A stretch of DNA of 32,000 nt from Halorhodospira halophila SL1 (GTDB lineage Bacteria > Pseudomonadota > Gammaproteobacteria > Nitrococcales > Halorhodospiraceae), in the NCBI RefSeq assembly GCF_000015585.1, contig NC_008789.1, forward strand, positions 210,001-242,000, written 5' to 3'. Position numbers and translations under genes: made by a program. A model generated the notes under the pieces. That model had not been told where the DNA came from. It saw only the letters and a program-made list of their open reading frames with translations, and searched no databases. Shown one piece after another: positions 24,618 to 32,000 of this stretch (its first letter is position 1; each line of letters starts with the position of its first letter).

Positions 24618-25046
24618 TCACCGTTGATCCCCCGGGAGGGGGTACTGCATCTCCAGGGTGTTTCCGGCCGGGCCGGATCGATAGCGAACGTGCCACATCA
24701 GCCCGCGGATGATGCCGATCCCCCGCCCCCCTTCGGCGCAGTCCGCGCCGCTTCGCACGTCCACCGAAGCCGGCTCGGTGGTCATCGGCCACCCTTGGTC
24801 GTGCACCTGCAGCACCAGCCAGTCGGCCCGCTGGTGGACCGTCACGCGGACCACACGGCTCGGGCAGTTGCCGCAGGCGTGGATGATGGCGTTGTTGATC
24901 GCCTCGCACAGGGCCAACTCCACCGCCCCGGCGGCCTCCTCGCCCAGGCCGATCTGCTGGGCCAGCCGCTCCCACGCCCGGCACGCCTCGGCGACCCGAC
25001 GCAGCTCGGCGTTCAGCTCCAGCTCCAGGAGCGTGTTGGACTGCAC
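24618..25046 (-). CDS. Anti-sigma-factor-type serine protein kinase (RsbW/SpoIIAB, HATPase_c_2)
   Basis: GTG start 3 nt after the STAS stop. N-box LCEAINNAIIHA, G1 VHDQGWP and G2 GGRGIGIIRGLM are present. Confidence 0.85.
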   Translation of the reverse strand: MQSNTLLELELNAELRRVAEACRAWERLAQQIGLGEEAAGAVELALCEAINNAIIHACGNCPSRVVRVTVHQRADWLVLQVHDQGWPMTTEPASVDVRSGADCAEGGRGIGIIRGLMWHVRYRSGPAGNTLEMQYPLPGDQR

Positions 25047-25049
25047 CCC

Positions 25050-25394
25050 TCATTCCGCCAGGGCAGCGACGGCCTGCTCGGCGTCGGCGTACATGGGGAA
25101 AACGCGCTGATCGAGCCGGGTAACGCGAAACAACTGCACCACCTTGGGGGCGTGAACGCCGGCCAGGACCACGGAGCCTGCGGGGTCGATGTTCTTGCGC
25201 AGCGACAGCAGCGCGGAGAGGCCGCTGGAATCGATGAAGCTGACCCGGCTTAGGTCCACCACCATTCGCGTAACACCGAGATCCACTGCTTCCAGTGCGG
25301 CCCGTTTGAAGGCCGGCGCCTCGCTGGCGTCGAGGCGATCGACGTCCACCTGGAGGACAGCCACACCGTCCCGGTCCGCGCATGTATAGGCCAT
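25050..25394 (-). CDS. STAS-domain anti-sigma-factor antagonist (RsbV/SpoIIAA-like)
   Basis: The size (114 aa) fits. The phospho-serine motif FIDSSGLSALLSL is conserved. Confidence 0.88.
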   Translation of the reverse strand: MAYTCADRDGVAVLQVDVDRLDASEAPAFKRAALEAVDLGVTRMVVDLSRVSFIDSSGLSALLSLRKNIDPAGSVVLAGVHAPKVVQLFRVTRLDQRVFPMYADAEQAVAALAE

Positions 25395-25419
25395 CGTGCC
25401 ACTCCTTTCTAATCGCCCT

Positions 25420-26607
25420 CTAAGCCGTGCGCCCGGTCACCCTCAGGCACGCAAAGGTGATGTCGTCTTCCGGCGGTTGCTGACTGTGCTCTACCATCAT
25501 TCGCTGCACCCCGCGGATAACCCCATCACTCGGGCAACCGCGCCAGTCCCGCAGCACCACCTCCAACCGCGCGCTGGACAGGTGGGCGCCCACCGCATCC
25601 TCCAGGTCCACCAGGCCGTCCGTGTAGATGAACAGCAGGTCTCCTTCCGCAACCGCAACACGGCCCTCTTCATACCGGCCCCAGCCGCCGATGCCCACCG
25701 GCAATCCGCCCGCTTCCAATGGGATGCTTCCGCCGCGCTGTCGGATCAGCAGACCGGGCGGGTGACCCGCATTAGCGTAACGGATCTCTCGCGCGGCGGG
25801 ATCGTAGACGAGGACGATCAGGGTGAAAAACTTGTCGAACCGCTCCAGCGGATACTCCGCATCCAGGGCATCCAACAACGCCGCCGGTGATACCTGCCGG
25901 CGCTCGGCCACCCACTGGCGAATCGACTGCGCCACCGAGAATGACACCAGCGCCGCGGATACTCCGTGGCCACTGACGTCCAGCATATAGAGCACGAGCC
26001 GCCCATCTTCCAGCGGGATGGTAACGAAGAGATCCCCCCCGAGCCCTGCACTTGGCCGGTAGTACCAGTCCAACGCATACCCGGCCCCTGGCGGCGGCGC
26101 GGATGGCAGCAGGCTCTGCTGGATCCGCGACGCCACACGCAGGTCTTCCTCGATCCGCTGCTGCTGCGCTTCGAGCTGACGGTAATTGGCCGCCAGCAGG
26201 TCGGAGCGGACCTTAAGCTTGACGTGCGCCCCCACCCGGGCCCGCACCACGGCGCTGTTGAACGGCTTGGTGATGTAGTCCACCGCGCCGCGGGCCAGAC
26301 CATCGGCCTCATCCTCCCAGTCGCCCCGGGCGGAGATGAAGATGACCGGGACACCCCGCGTACGCGGCTCACCCTGCAGGGCATCGAGGACGTCGTACCC
26401 GCTGATCCCCGGCATGGTGATATCCAGCAGGACGAGGTCGGGCAGGCGCTCACGGGCGACGATATCCAGGGCCTGTTCACCACTCCGGGCGACCAGGACG
26501 CGGTAGGCATCGCCGAGCAACCGCCCGAGCAACTCCAGGTTGATCGGCTCATCGTCCACGACCAGGACGATGGGGCGACCGCTGACCTCGTCCGCGCTGG
26601 GATCCAT
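25420..26607 (-). CDS. Response-regulator receiver fused to PP2C (SpoIIE/RsbU-type) serine phosphatase
   Basis: REC motifs: VLVVDDEP, DLVLLDITMPGISG, PVIFISA, ITKP. PP2C motifs: GGDLF, MLDVSGHGVSAAL, YANAGHPP, IYTDGL. Confidence 0.9.
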   Translation of the reverse strand: MDPSADEVSGRPIVLVVDDEPINLELLGRLLGDAYRVLVARSGEQALDIVARERLPDLVLLDITMPGISGYDVLDALQGEPRTRGVPVIFISARGDWEDEADGLARGAVDYITKPFNSAVVRARVGAHVKLKVRSDLLAANYRQLEAQQQRIEEDLRVASRIQQSLLPSAPPPGAGYALDWYYRPSAGLGGDLFVTIPLEDGRLVLYMLDVSGHGVSAALVSFSVAQSIRQWVAERRQVSPAALLDALDAEYPLERFDKFFTLIVLVYDPAAREIRYANAGHPPGLLIRQRGGSIPLEAGGLPVGIGGWGRYEEGRVAVAEGDLLFIYTDGLVDLEDAVGAHLSSARLEVVLRDWRGCPSDGVIRGVQRMMVEHSQQPPEDDITFACLRVTGRTA

Positions 26608-26703
26608 GAAGCGCCCCTCCTCCGATCCGGACCTTGGCTTAGTCGGTTTCCTGGGCGGCCATGACTGTTACGATACAGATACACAGGACTTGGCGGGAAT
26701 GCC

Positions 26704-27741
26704 ATGCCGACACCGAGAAAGGGAATGGTCGGGCTGTTGCTGGCGGTCGTCATCGGCGTCAGCACCGCCATCTACCTCCGCATCCACCCCGATATCGTCC
26801 ACTTCCGGCTCGCCGAGTGGCTCGATCACCTCGACCGCGGCGCGGTGGCCACCGATCACCTTGAGCGCAGCATCGCGGCGGGGCTGGATCACCCGGACCG
26901 GCTGCGCGAGGCGACCCTCACCCTGCTCGGACGCGATGAGGCCGAGCCGGCCTTCGTCGGCGCATGGCGCCTGAATCAGAGCGACGCCCTGGACCCCGGG
27001 ACACGCTCGGCCTTCGCCGGACACTTCGATCGCCTCGGCCAACCCGAACGTGCCCTGGCGCTTTACGAGTCGAACGACGGACTCGGCCCCGCCGGGATCA
27101 TGCACCACGCCTCGCTACTGGACCGCGCCGGACAGCCCGAAGCCGCCATGACACGCTATCGGGAACTGCTCCGGGAGCTGCCCGCGGAGCGGGTCGACAC
27201 GGGCCAGAGCACGAAACCGGAAGACCTGGCAGACCCCGAAACCACCCAGGCCCGGCTGGAACTGGCCCGCCTGCTGGCCGAGCGCGGGCGGCACGACGAA
27301 GCGATCACCGAGTACCGGAGGGTCCTCGACGACCAACCGGAACATCAGACCGCCCGGCTCGGCCTGGCCCGCACCCTCTTCTGGGCCGGCGACACCGAAC
27401 GGGCCGCTGCCGAGATCGACGGCCTCGAGACCACCGACCTGGAGCCGCAGGACCGGCTCATGCTGGCCGACCTGCAGCTCAGCCGTGGCGGCTACGAAAG
27501 GGCCATCGACCTCTACCGGGATTATCTGGAGGGCCACCCGGACGACCAGGAGACCCGGTACAAGAAGGCGCTGGCCCTGGCCTGGTCGGCCCGTTACGAC
27601 GCCGCCATCGAGGCCTTTGACCAGGTTCTCCAGGCTCGACCACACGACCGGCAGCTGATGCGCCAGTTCGCTCAGGTTCTGACCTGGGCCGATCAACCCG
27701 ACCGCGCCATCGAGCTCCTGCAGAAAAGCCTGGAGGACTAG
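26704..27741 (+). CDS. Membrane-anchored TPR-repeat protein
   Basis: An N-terminal TM helix (MVGLLLAVVIGVSTAIYL) is followed by repeated 34-aa-like A/L/R/E-rich units (e.g. ARLELARLLAERGRHDEAITEYRRVLDDQPEH). Confidence 0.75.
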   Translation: MPTPRKGMVGLLLAVVIGVSTAIYLRIHPDIVHFRLAEWLDHLDRGAVATDHLERSIAAGLDHPDRLREATLTLLGRDEAEPAFVGAWRLNQSDALDPGTRSAFAGHFDRLGQPERALALYESNDGLGPAGIMHHASLLDRAGQPEAAMTRYRELLRELPAERVDTGQSTKPEDLADPETTQARLELARLLAERGRHDEAITEYRRVLDDQPEHQTARLGLARTLFWAGDTERAAAEIDGLETTDLEPQDRLMLADLQLSRGGYERAIDLYRDYLEGHPDDQETRYKKALALAWSARYDAAIEAFDQVLQARPHDRQLMRQFAQVLTWADQPDRAIELLQKSLED

Positions 27742-27742
27742 T

Positions 27743-30154
27743 TTGGGGGGTGCCACGCAACGGATGGCCATCGGCATCGCCGCCGGCGCAGTGCTACTCG
27801 CCGGCGTCATGCCCCTAAGACAAGCCGCGGCGCAACCGCCGCCGATCCCCCCTGCGGAGGGGAGCCTGGTGGCTGCGCACGAGTACATCAGCGACCGGGG
27901 CGCCCGCCACCAGCTGGCCCGGTTGCTCTCCTATCAGCCACAGCGGCGCGCCGAGGCCCTGTGGCACTACCGGCGGCTTCTGGAGGACACACCGCACGAC
28001 CCCGCGCTGGTCACCGAGACCGCCGAGGTGCTCCAGTGGATGGGCGAGGAGGCAGCCGCCGTCGACCTGCTGACCTCCCTGCCCGCGGGCACTGAGCAAA
28101 CGCGCGCGGGCCTGCTCTTGCAAGCCCGGGTGGAACGCTCGCTGGGGCGGGCCGGCCGCGCCCGAGCCATTCTCGAGGGGCTGCGCCCCCTCGAGGGCCG
28201 CACCGAGCAGCTCCTCGACGCGGCAGCCCTCACCGACTCCGGCGCCCTCCACGGCGCCGAGGCTGTCGTCCGCGGGCTACTCGCCGAATCCCCCGACGAC
28301 CCCGGCCTCCGGCTGCAACTCGGCGATCTCCTTCAGGCCCAGGGCCGGATCTACGCCGCCGAGCACCACTACGCCCGGCTGCTCGCCGACACCCCGGACC
28401 AGACACTGGCCGCGGAGCGCCTCCGGCGCCTGCCCCACCGTGGTCCGGCCGAGCCCGCCGACACCCCGGAACCGATCGCGCCCCAAGAGGCGCCGGCCGC
28501 ACCGCAGACCGCACGGGATCACCTGGCGACTGCGGAACAGGCCCTGCAGGGCGGCGACATCGCGTCGGCCGAGCAGGCCGTCCGCCGCGCCCTGGAACTC
28601 GAGCCGGAACTCACCCGTGCGGACTACCTGCTGGCGGAAGTGCTCATCGCCCGCAACGCCCTCGCCGAGGCCGAGGAGCAGCTCCAGCAGGTCGCCACGC
28701 GCTTCCCGGACGCCACCGAAGCCCGCCTGAACCTGGCGCGGCTGGCGTCCTGGCAGGGTGACTACGACCGCGCCCTGGACCACTACGACGCCCTCGCCGC
28801 TGAGCACCCGACGGACCCGACTTTCCCCTTGGAGGCGGCCCGGCTCGCCGGTTGGGCCGGGGAGCCCGACCAGGCGCGAGAGCGCTACGCAACGCTGCTG
28901 ACGCTTCTTCAGGCCGAGCCGCCCGCCGCGACCAGCACCCCGGGGCCACTTACCGCCGCGCCCCCCGGGCCGGCACTGCCAACACCGACGGACCCGGCCT
29001 ACCCCGCCGCCGCCGAACACCGCGCCGTCCACCAGGAGGCCCGGGCCAAGGCTCTGGTCCACGACCGCCATCCCCGGACCGCCCTGACGGTGCTCCAGCG
29101 CGCCGCAGAGTTCCAGCCCCACAATCTCGAGACGGCCTTCGACCAGGCCCAGATCGAGTGCACCCTGGGGCTGTGCGGCGCCGAACAGGCCACCTATGAG
29201 CGGGTTCTGGACGCCGTCCCCAACCACCCCCAGGCTGCACGCCAGCAGGCCCTGCTCAAACGCCAGCGGGGTCCTCGGGCCGGTCTCCACGCCGACTACC
29301 GCAACGAGTCCGGGCGTGATGCCGAGATGGAAACCATCGGCTATGGGGTCCACGGCAGCCTGCCCGTGGCCACACGCGCCCGGGGCCACGTCTCAGTGGA
29401 CCGGTGGCGCTACCGGTTCGACCCGGACCCCGACGAGGACATCGACGAGGCCCGGGGCAACCGGGTGCACGGCACCCTCAGCGGGGTGGCCAGTACCCAA
29501 CTGCGCTGGCGGACCGAACTCGCCTACACCCGCTTCGACGACCCCGACGTCAAGGACTCGATTGAGGGTCGAGCCGAGATGGATTACCACGTGAGTGATC
29601 GCTTACGGACCCGGGGCGGGATCGCCCAGGAGCGGGTCCTGCGTAACCCCAAGACCGCCAGCGAGCGCATCAATCGGCGCCTCGCCGAGGCCGAGCTGGA
29701 CTACTACGCCGACCGCCGCGTGGATCTGGGCGCCACGGCGCGCACCGCCCACTACTCCGACGGCAACCGCGGCCTCCTCCTGCAGTTCCAGCCGCAGGTG
29801 CGGGTGACCGAGCACCCGCGCCAGCTGACCGCCGGCGCCACCTTCCAGTACCGCGATACGCAAGACGAAGAGGACCTGTACTGGACGCCCCAGGACTACC
29901 TCGCCGCCGGCCCGTTCCTGGAGTGGCATCACGACCTGGCGCGGGTTTTCGGGTGCCGGGCGCTCGACCATTACTACCGGGTCCGCCTCTCGGCATACCG
30001 GGACAGCGAGCACAACACCGGCACCCGCCTGGCAGCCGCCTACGCCTGGGACGCCGGCGACCATCTGCGGTTATCCGCCGACGCCTTCATCGAACGATCC
30101 AGTGAGTGGGACGCCGAGGGCCTCCACGTGAACGCCACCTGGCATTTCCACTGA
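27743..30154 (+). CDS. Outer-membrane exopolysaccharide export protein candidate: N-terminal TPR array + C-terminal beta-barrel (PgaA/BcsC-like architecture)
   Basis: TTG start 5 nt after GGAGGA (alternative ATG at 27764). It has a signal-like N-terminus AIGIAAGAVLLAGVMPLRQAAA and about 480 aa of TPR-like repeats. The last roughly 290 aa show alternating hydrophobic/polar beta-strand patterning and end in ..NATWHF (terminal Phe). Confidence 0.75.
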   Translation: MGGATQRMAIGIAAGAVLLAGVMPLRQAAAQPPPIPPAEGSLVAAHEYISDRGARHQLARLLSYQPQRRAEALWHYRRLLEDTPHDPALVTETAEVLQWMGEEAAAVDLLTSLPAGTEQTRAGLLLQARVERSLGRAGRARAILEGLRPLEGRTEQLLDAAALTDSGALHGAEAVVRGLLAESPDDPGLRLQLGDLLQAQGRIYAAEHHYARLLADTPDQTLAAERLRRLPHRGPAEPADTPEPIAPQEAPAAPQTARDHLATAEQALQGGDIASAEQAVRRALELEPELTRADYLLAEVLIARNALAEAEEQLQQVATRFPDATEARLNLARLASWQGDYDRALDHYDALAAEHPTDPTFPLEAARLAGWAGEPDQARERYATLLTLLQAEPPAATSTPGPLTAAPPGPALPTPTDPAYPAAAEHRAVHQEARAKALVHDRHPRTALTVLQRAAEFQPHNLETAFDQAQIECTLGLCGAEQATYERVLDAVPNHPQAARQQALLKRQRGPRAGLHADYRNESGRDAEMETIGYGVHGSLPVATRARGHVSVDRWRYRFDPDPDEDIDEARGNRVHGTLSGVASTQLRWRTELAYTRFDDPDVKDSIEGRAEMDYHVSDRLRTRGGIAQERVLRNPKTASERINRRLAEAELDYYADRRVDLGATARTAHYSDGNRGLLLQFQPQVRVTEHPRQLTAGATFQYRDTQDEEDLYWTPQDYLAAGPFLEWHHDLARVFGCRALDHYYRVRLSAYRDSEHNTGTRLAAAYAWDAGDHLRLSADAFIERSSEWDAEGLHVNATWHFH

Positions 30155-30198
30155 CCACGCGCCCCGCCTGCAGCGCCAACGGCCGGAGTCGAGAGCCC

Positions 30199-31893
30199 AT
30201 GGGTCAACGCCGCTTCCTGAACCGCAGCCTGCTGATCATCCTCACCGGCGCCGCCATCCTCAGCGTCTTCACCTACCTGATCGGTCGGACGGCGCTGTTC
30301 CTGTTCGCCGACTACCTGTGGTACGAGAAGACCGCGGCCGCATTCCTGCTACTCGCCGAGGCGTTCATCATGGTCCACGCCCTCGGCTACTTCCTGAACA
30401 TCTACCACGCCAATCGCACCCGGCCCGTGGACCCCGCAGCGCCCACCGCCGAACGCGAGATCCCCTCCGCCACGGCACCGCGCTTTTCCTACGAGCAGGC
30501 CCTGAAGATCCTCCCGACGGAAAACCCGCCAGAACTCGCGGTGGTCGTGGCCGCACACAACGAGCCCCTGTGGCTGATTGAAGAGACCCTGACCTGCTTC
30601 TACAACCTGACCTACCCCAACAAGCGGATCTTCCTGCTCGACGATACCCGCTACGACCCATCGGAACAGCGCTCCGCGGAGATGGCCAAGTACCGCCAGG
30701 CGATCGAGGACCTGTGCCAGGGCATCGGCGTCCACCTCTTCCGGCGCCCCTGGCGCGGGGCCAAGGCCGGCATGATCAATGACTTCCTGGCCTTCCTCAA
30801 CGACCGCGCGCCAGCCGGCTTCGAGTTCACCCGCAGTCCGCTGGATGTCGAGCCCTTCAATATCGAATACGTGGCCGTCTTCGACGCCGATATGAACCCG
30901 TTGCCCGAATTCGCCGAACCGCTGATCGCCCAGCTCGAGAGCGAACCGAACCTGGCCTTCATCCAGACACCGCAGTACTACTCCAACTTCGAGACCAACC
31001 GGGTCGCGCGGGCCGCCGGCATGCAGCAGGCGATCTTCTACGAGTACATCTGCGAGGGGAAAAGCTCCCAGGACGCCATGTTCTGCTGCGGTACCAATGT
31101 CATCTTCCGCCGCGCAGCGCTGGAAGACGTCGGCGGCTTCGACGAGACCTCGGTCACCGAGGATTTTGCCACCTCGCTGCGCTTTCACGCACGCGGGTGG
31201 CGCTCCGCCTACATCAACCGGCTCAGTGCGTTCGGGCAGGGTCCGCAGGACCTGGGCGCCTACTTCAAGCAGCAATTCCGCTGGGCGCTGGGCACCGTGG
31301 GGCTGTTCCGCACGGTCCTCCAGGCCATGGTGCGCACGCCGCGCCAGCTTTCGCTGGCCAAGTGGTGGGAGTACTCCCTTTCCGGCACCCACTACTTCGT
31401 CGGCTGGGTGTTCCTGATCATGGTGCTCAGCCCGACCCTCTACCTCCTGCTGGGCGTGCCGAGCTTCTTCGCCCGGGCGGATATCTACCTGCTGTTCTTC
31501 TTCCCCTACATCCTGCTGACGATCACCCTGTTCGCCTTCGCTATGAGTCAGCGCAAGTATCGGCTGCGCGAGCTGGTCACCGGGATCGTCCTTCAGGCCA
31601 CGGCCTTCCCCGTCTATATCAAGGCCAGCCTGCTGGGCATTCTGGGGGTCCGGGGAAGCTTCACGGTCACCCCGAAGGCCGGTAGCAACGGGCTCCCCCT
31701 GCGCGCCCTGTGGCCCCACCTGGCACTGATCGTGCTGTGCACCGCGGCGATCACCTGGGGCGTACTGCGTGGCGTCTTTGAGCAGGAGCCGCTCTGGGCG
31801 CTGGTGGTCAACACCCTCTGGTGCAGCTACCACCTCACGCTGCTGCTGGCTGTCTTCTACTTTAATCATCAACCGCAGGAGCAGACGGCATGA
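30199..31893 (+). CDS. Processive family-2 glycosyltransferase, cellulose-synthase-like, without PilZ domain
   Basis: I chose the ATG at 30199. It has 2 N-terminal TM helices. GT-A motifs: VVVAAHNEP, FLLDDT, VFDADMNP, QTPQYY, FCCGTNVIFRR, TEDFATS, QQFRWALG (QxxRW). About 5 C-terminal TM helices follow, and the protein ends soon after the last one. Confidence 0.9.
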   Translation: MGQRRFLNRSLLIILTGAAILSVFTYLIGRTALFLFADYLWYEKTAAAFLLLAEAFIMVHALGYFLNIYHANRTRPVDPAAPTAEREIPSATAPRFSYEQALKILPTENPPELAVVVAAHNEPLWLIEETLTCFYNLTYPNKRIFLLDDTRYDPSEQRSAEMAKYRQAIEDLCQGIGVHLFRRPWRGAKAGMINDFLAFLNDRAPAGFEFTRSPLDVEPFNIEYVAVFDADMNPLPEFAEPLIAQLESEPNLAFIQTPQYYSNFETNRVARAAGMQQAIFYEYICEGKSSQDAMFCCGTNVIFRRAALEDVGGFDETSVTEDFATSLRFHARGWRSAYINRLSAFGQGPQDLGAYFKQQFRWALGTVGLFRTVLQAMVRTPRQLSLAKWWEYSLSGTHYFVGWVFLIMVLSPTLYLLLGVPSFFARADIYLLFFFPYILLTITLFAFAMSQRKYRLRELVTGIVLQATAFPVYIKASLLGILGVRGSFTVTPKAGSNGLPLRALWPHLALIVLCTAAITWGVLRGVFEQEPLWALVVNTLWCSYHLTLLLAVFYFNHQPQEQTA

Positions 31894-32000
31894 ACCACCG
31901 CCGACTGATCCGCTGGGCCGGCGGCGCCCTGATCTGCGCCCACGGACTGCTCCCCGCCGGACTCCCGGCGGGCAGCGCCCCGCCCCCCGCCGCACCCCCG
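31890..32000 (+). CDS. Start of a downstream gene (truncated by the window); signal-peptide-like, Pro-rich
   Basis: ATGA translational-coupling overlap with the GT2 stop. The product begins MNHRRLIRWAGGALICAHGLLPAGLPAGSAPPPAAPP. Only 37 codons are visible. Confidence 0.35.
   Translation, partial: MNHRRLIRWAGGALICAHGLLPAGLPAGSAPPPAAPP

Noticed and set aside
28277-31995. Minus-strand ORFs 28277-29389 (370 aa) and 30349-31995 (548 aa) opposite the TPR/porin and GT2 genes.
   Set aside because: They are antisense to frames with clear TPR and GT2 motifs, and their products are G/R/V/Q-rich and motif-free.
1-32000. Scan for CRISPR arrays, IS/transposase or integrase genes, rRNA, and large tandem or inverted repeats.
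   Set aside because: I found no regularly spaced repeat array, no DDE or tyrosine-recombinase-like ORF and no rRNA-like segment by eye. I cannot exclude short dispersed repeats (REP-like) without a computational self-alignment.

Overview
Visibly high-GC (about two-thirds G+C by eye), densely coding chromosomal DNA. It looks like a gammaproteobacterium, possibly an Ectothiorhodospiraceae-type organism, but that taxon is a guess. I support about 31 protein genes and one tRNA-Ser(UGA). I found no transposase, integrase, CRISPR array or rRNA. Left to right: the 3' part of an AMP-dependent acyl-CoA synthetase; a large MscS-family channel; a strong bidirectional terminator; an orphan PetA-type Rieske protein; a YfcH-like SDR; modABC; a PepSY_TM-diflavin reductase fusion plus a SAM methyltransferase; DUF457-like and DUF418-like membrane proteins. 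Next comes a divergent pair, a soluble MCP and an EAL phosphodiesterase, that share the same C-terminal PAS/Cache-like module. Then a patch of uncharacterised small or 2-TM genes with AT-rich spacers; a BASS/ACR3-type transporter; a NifX-like plus ankyrin operon; a NitT/TauT-type ABC importer; and the tRNA-Ser. The window ends with a REC-PP2C / STAS / RsbW-kinase partner-switching operon lying divergent to a non-canonical synthase-dependent exopolysaccharide locus: a TPR anchor, a TPR/beta-barrel porin and a PilZ-less cellulose-synthase-like GT2. That last pairing is my best candidate for an undescribed system. The MCP/EAL sensor pair and the unknown 2-TM/small-protein cluster come next. Many long antisense ORFs in the track are high-GC shadow ORFs and were rejected.
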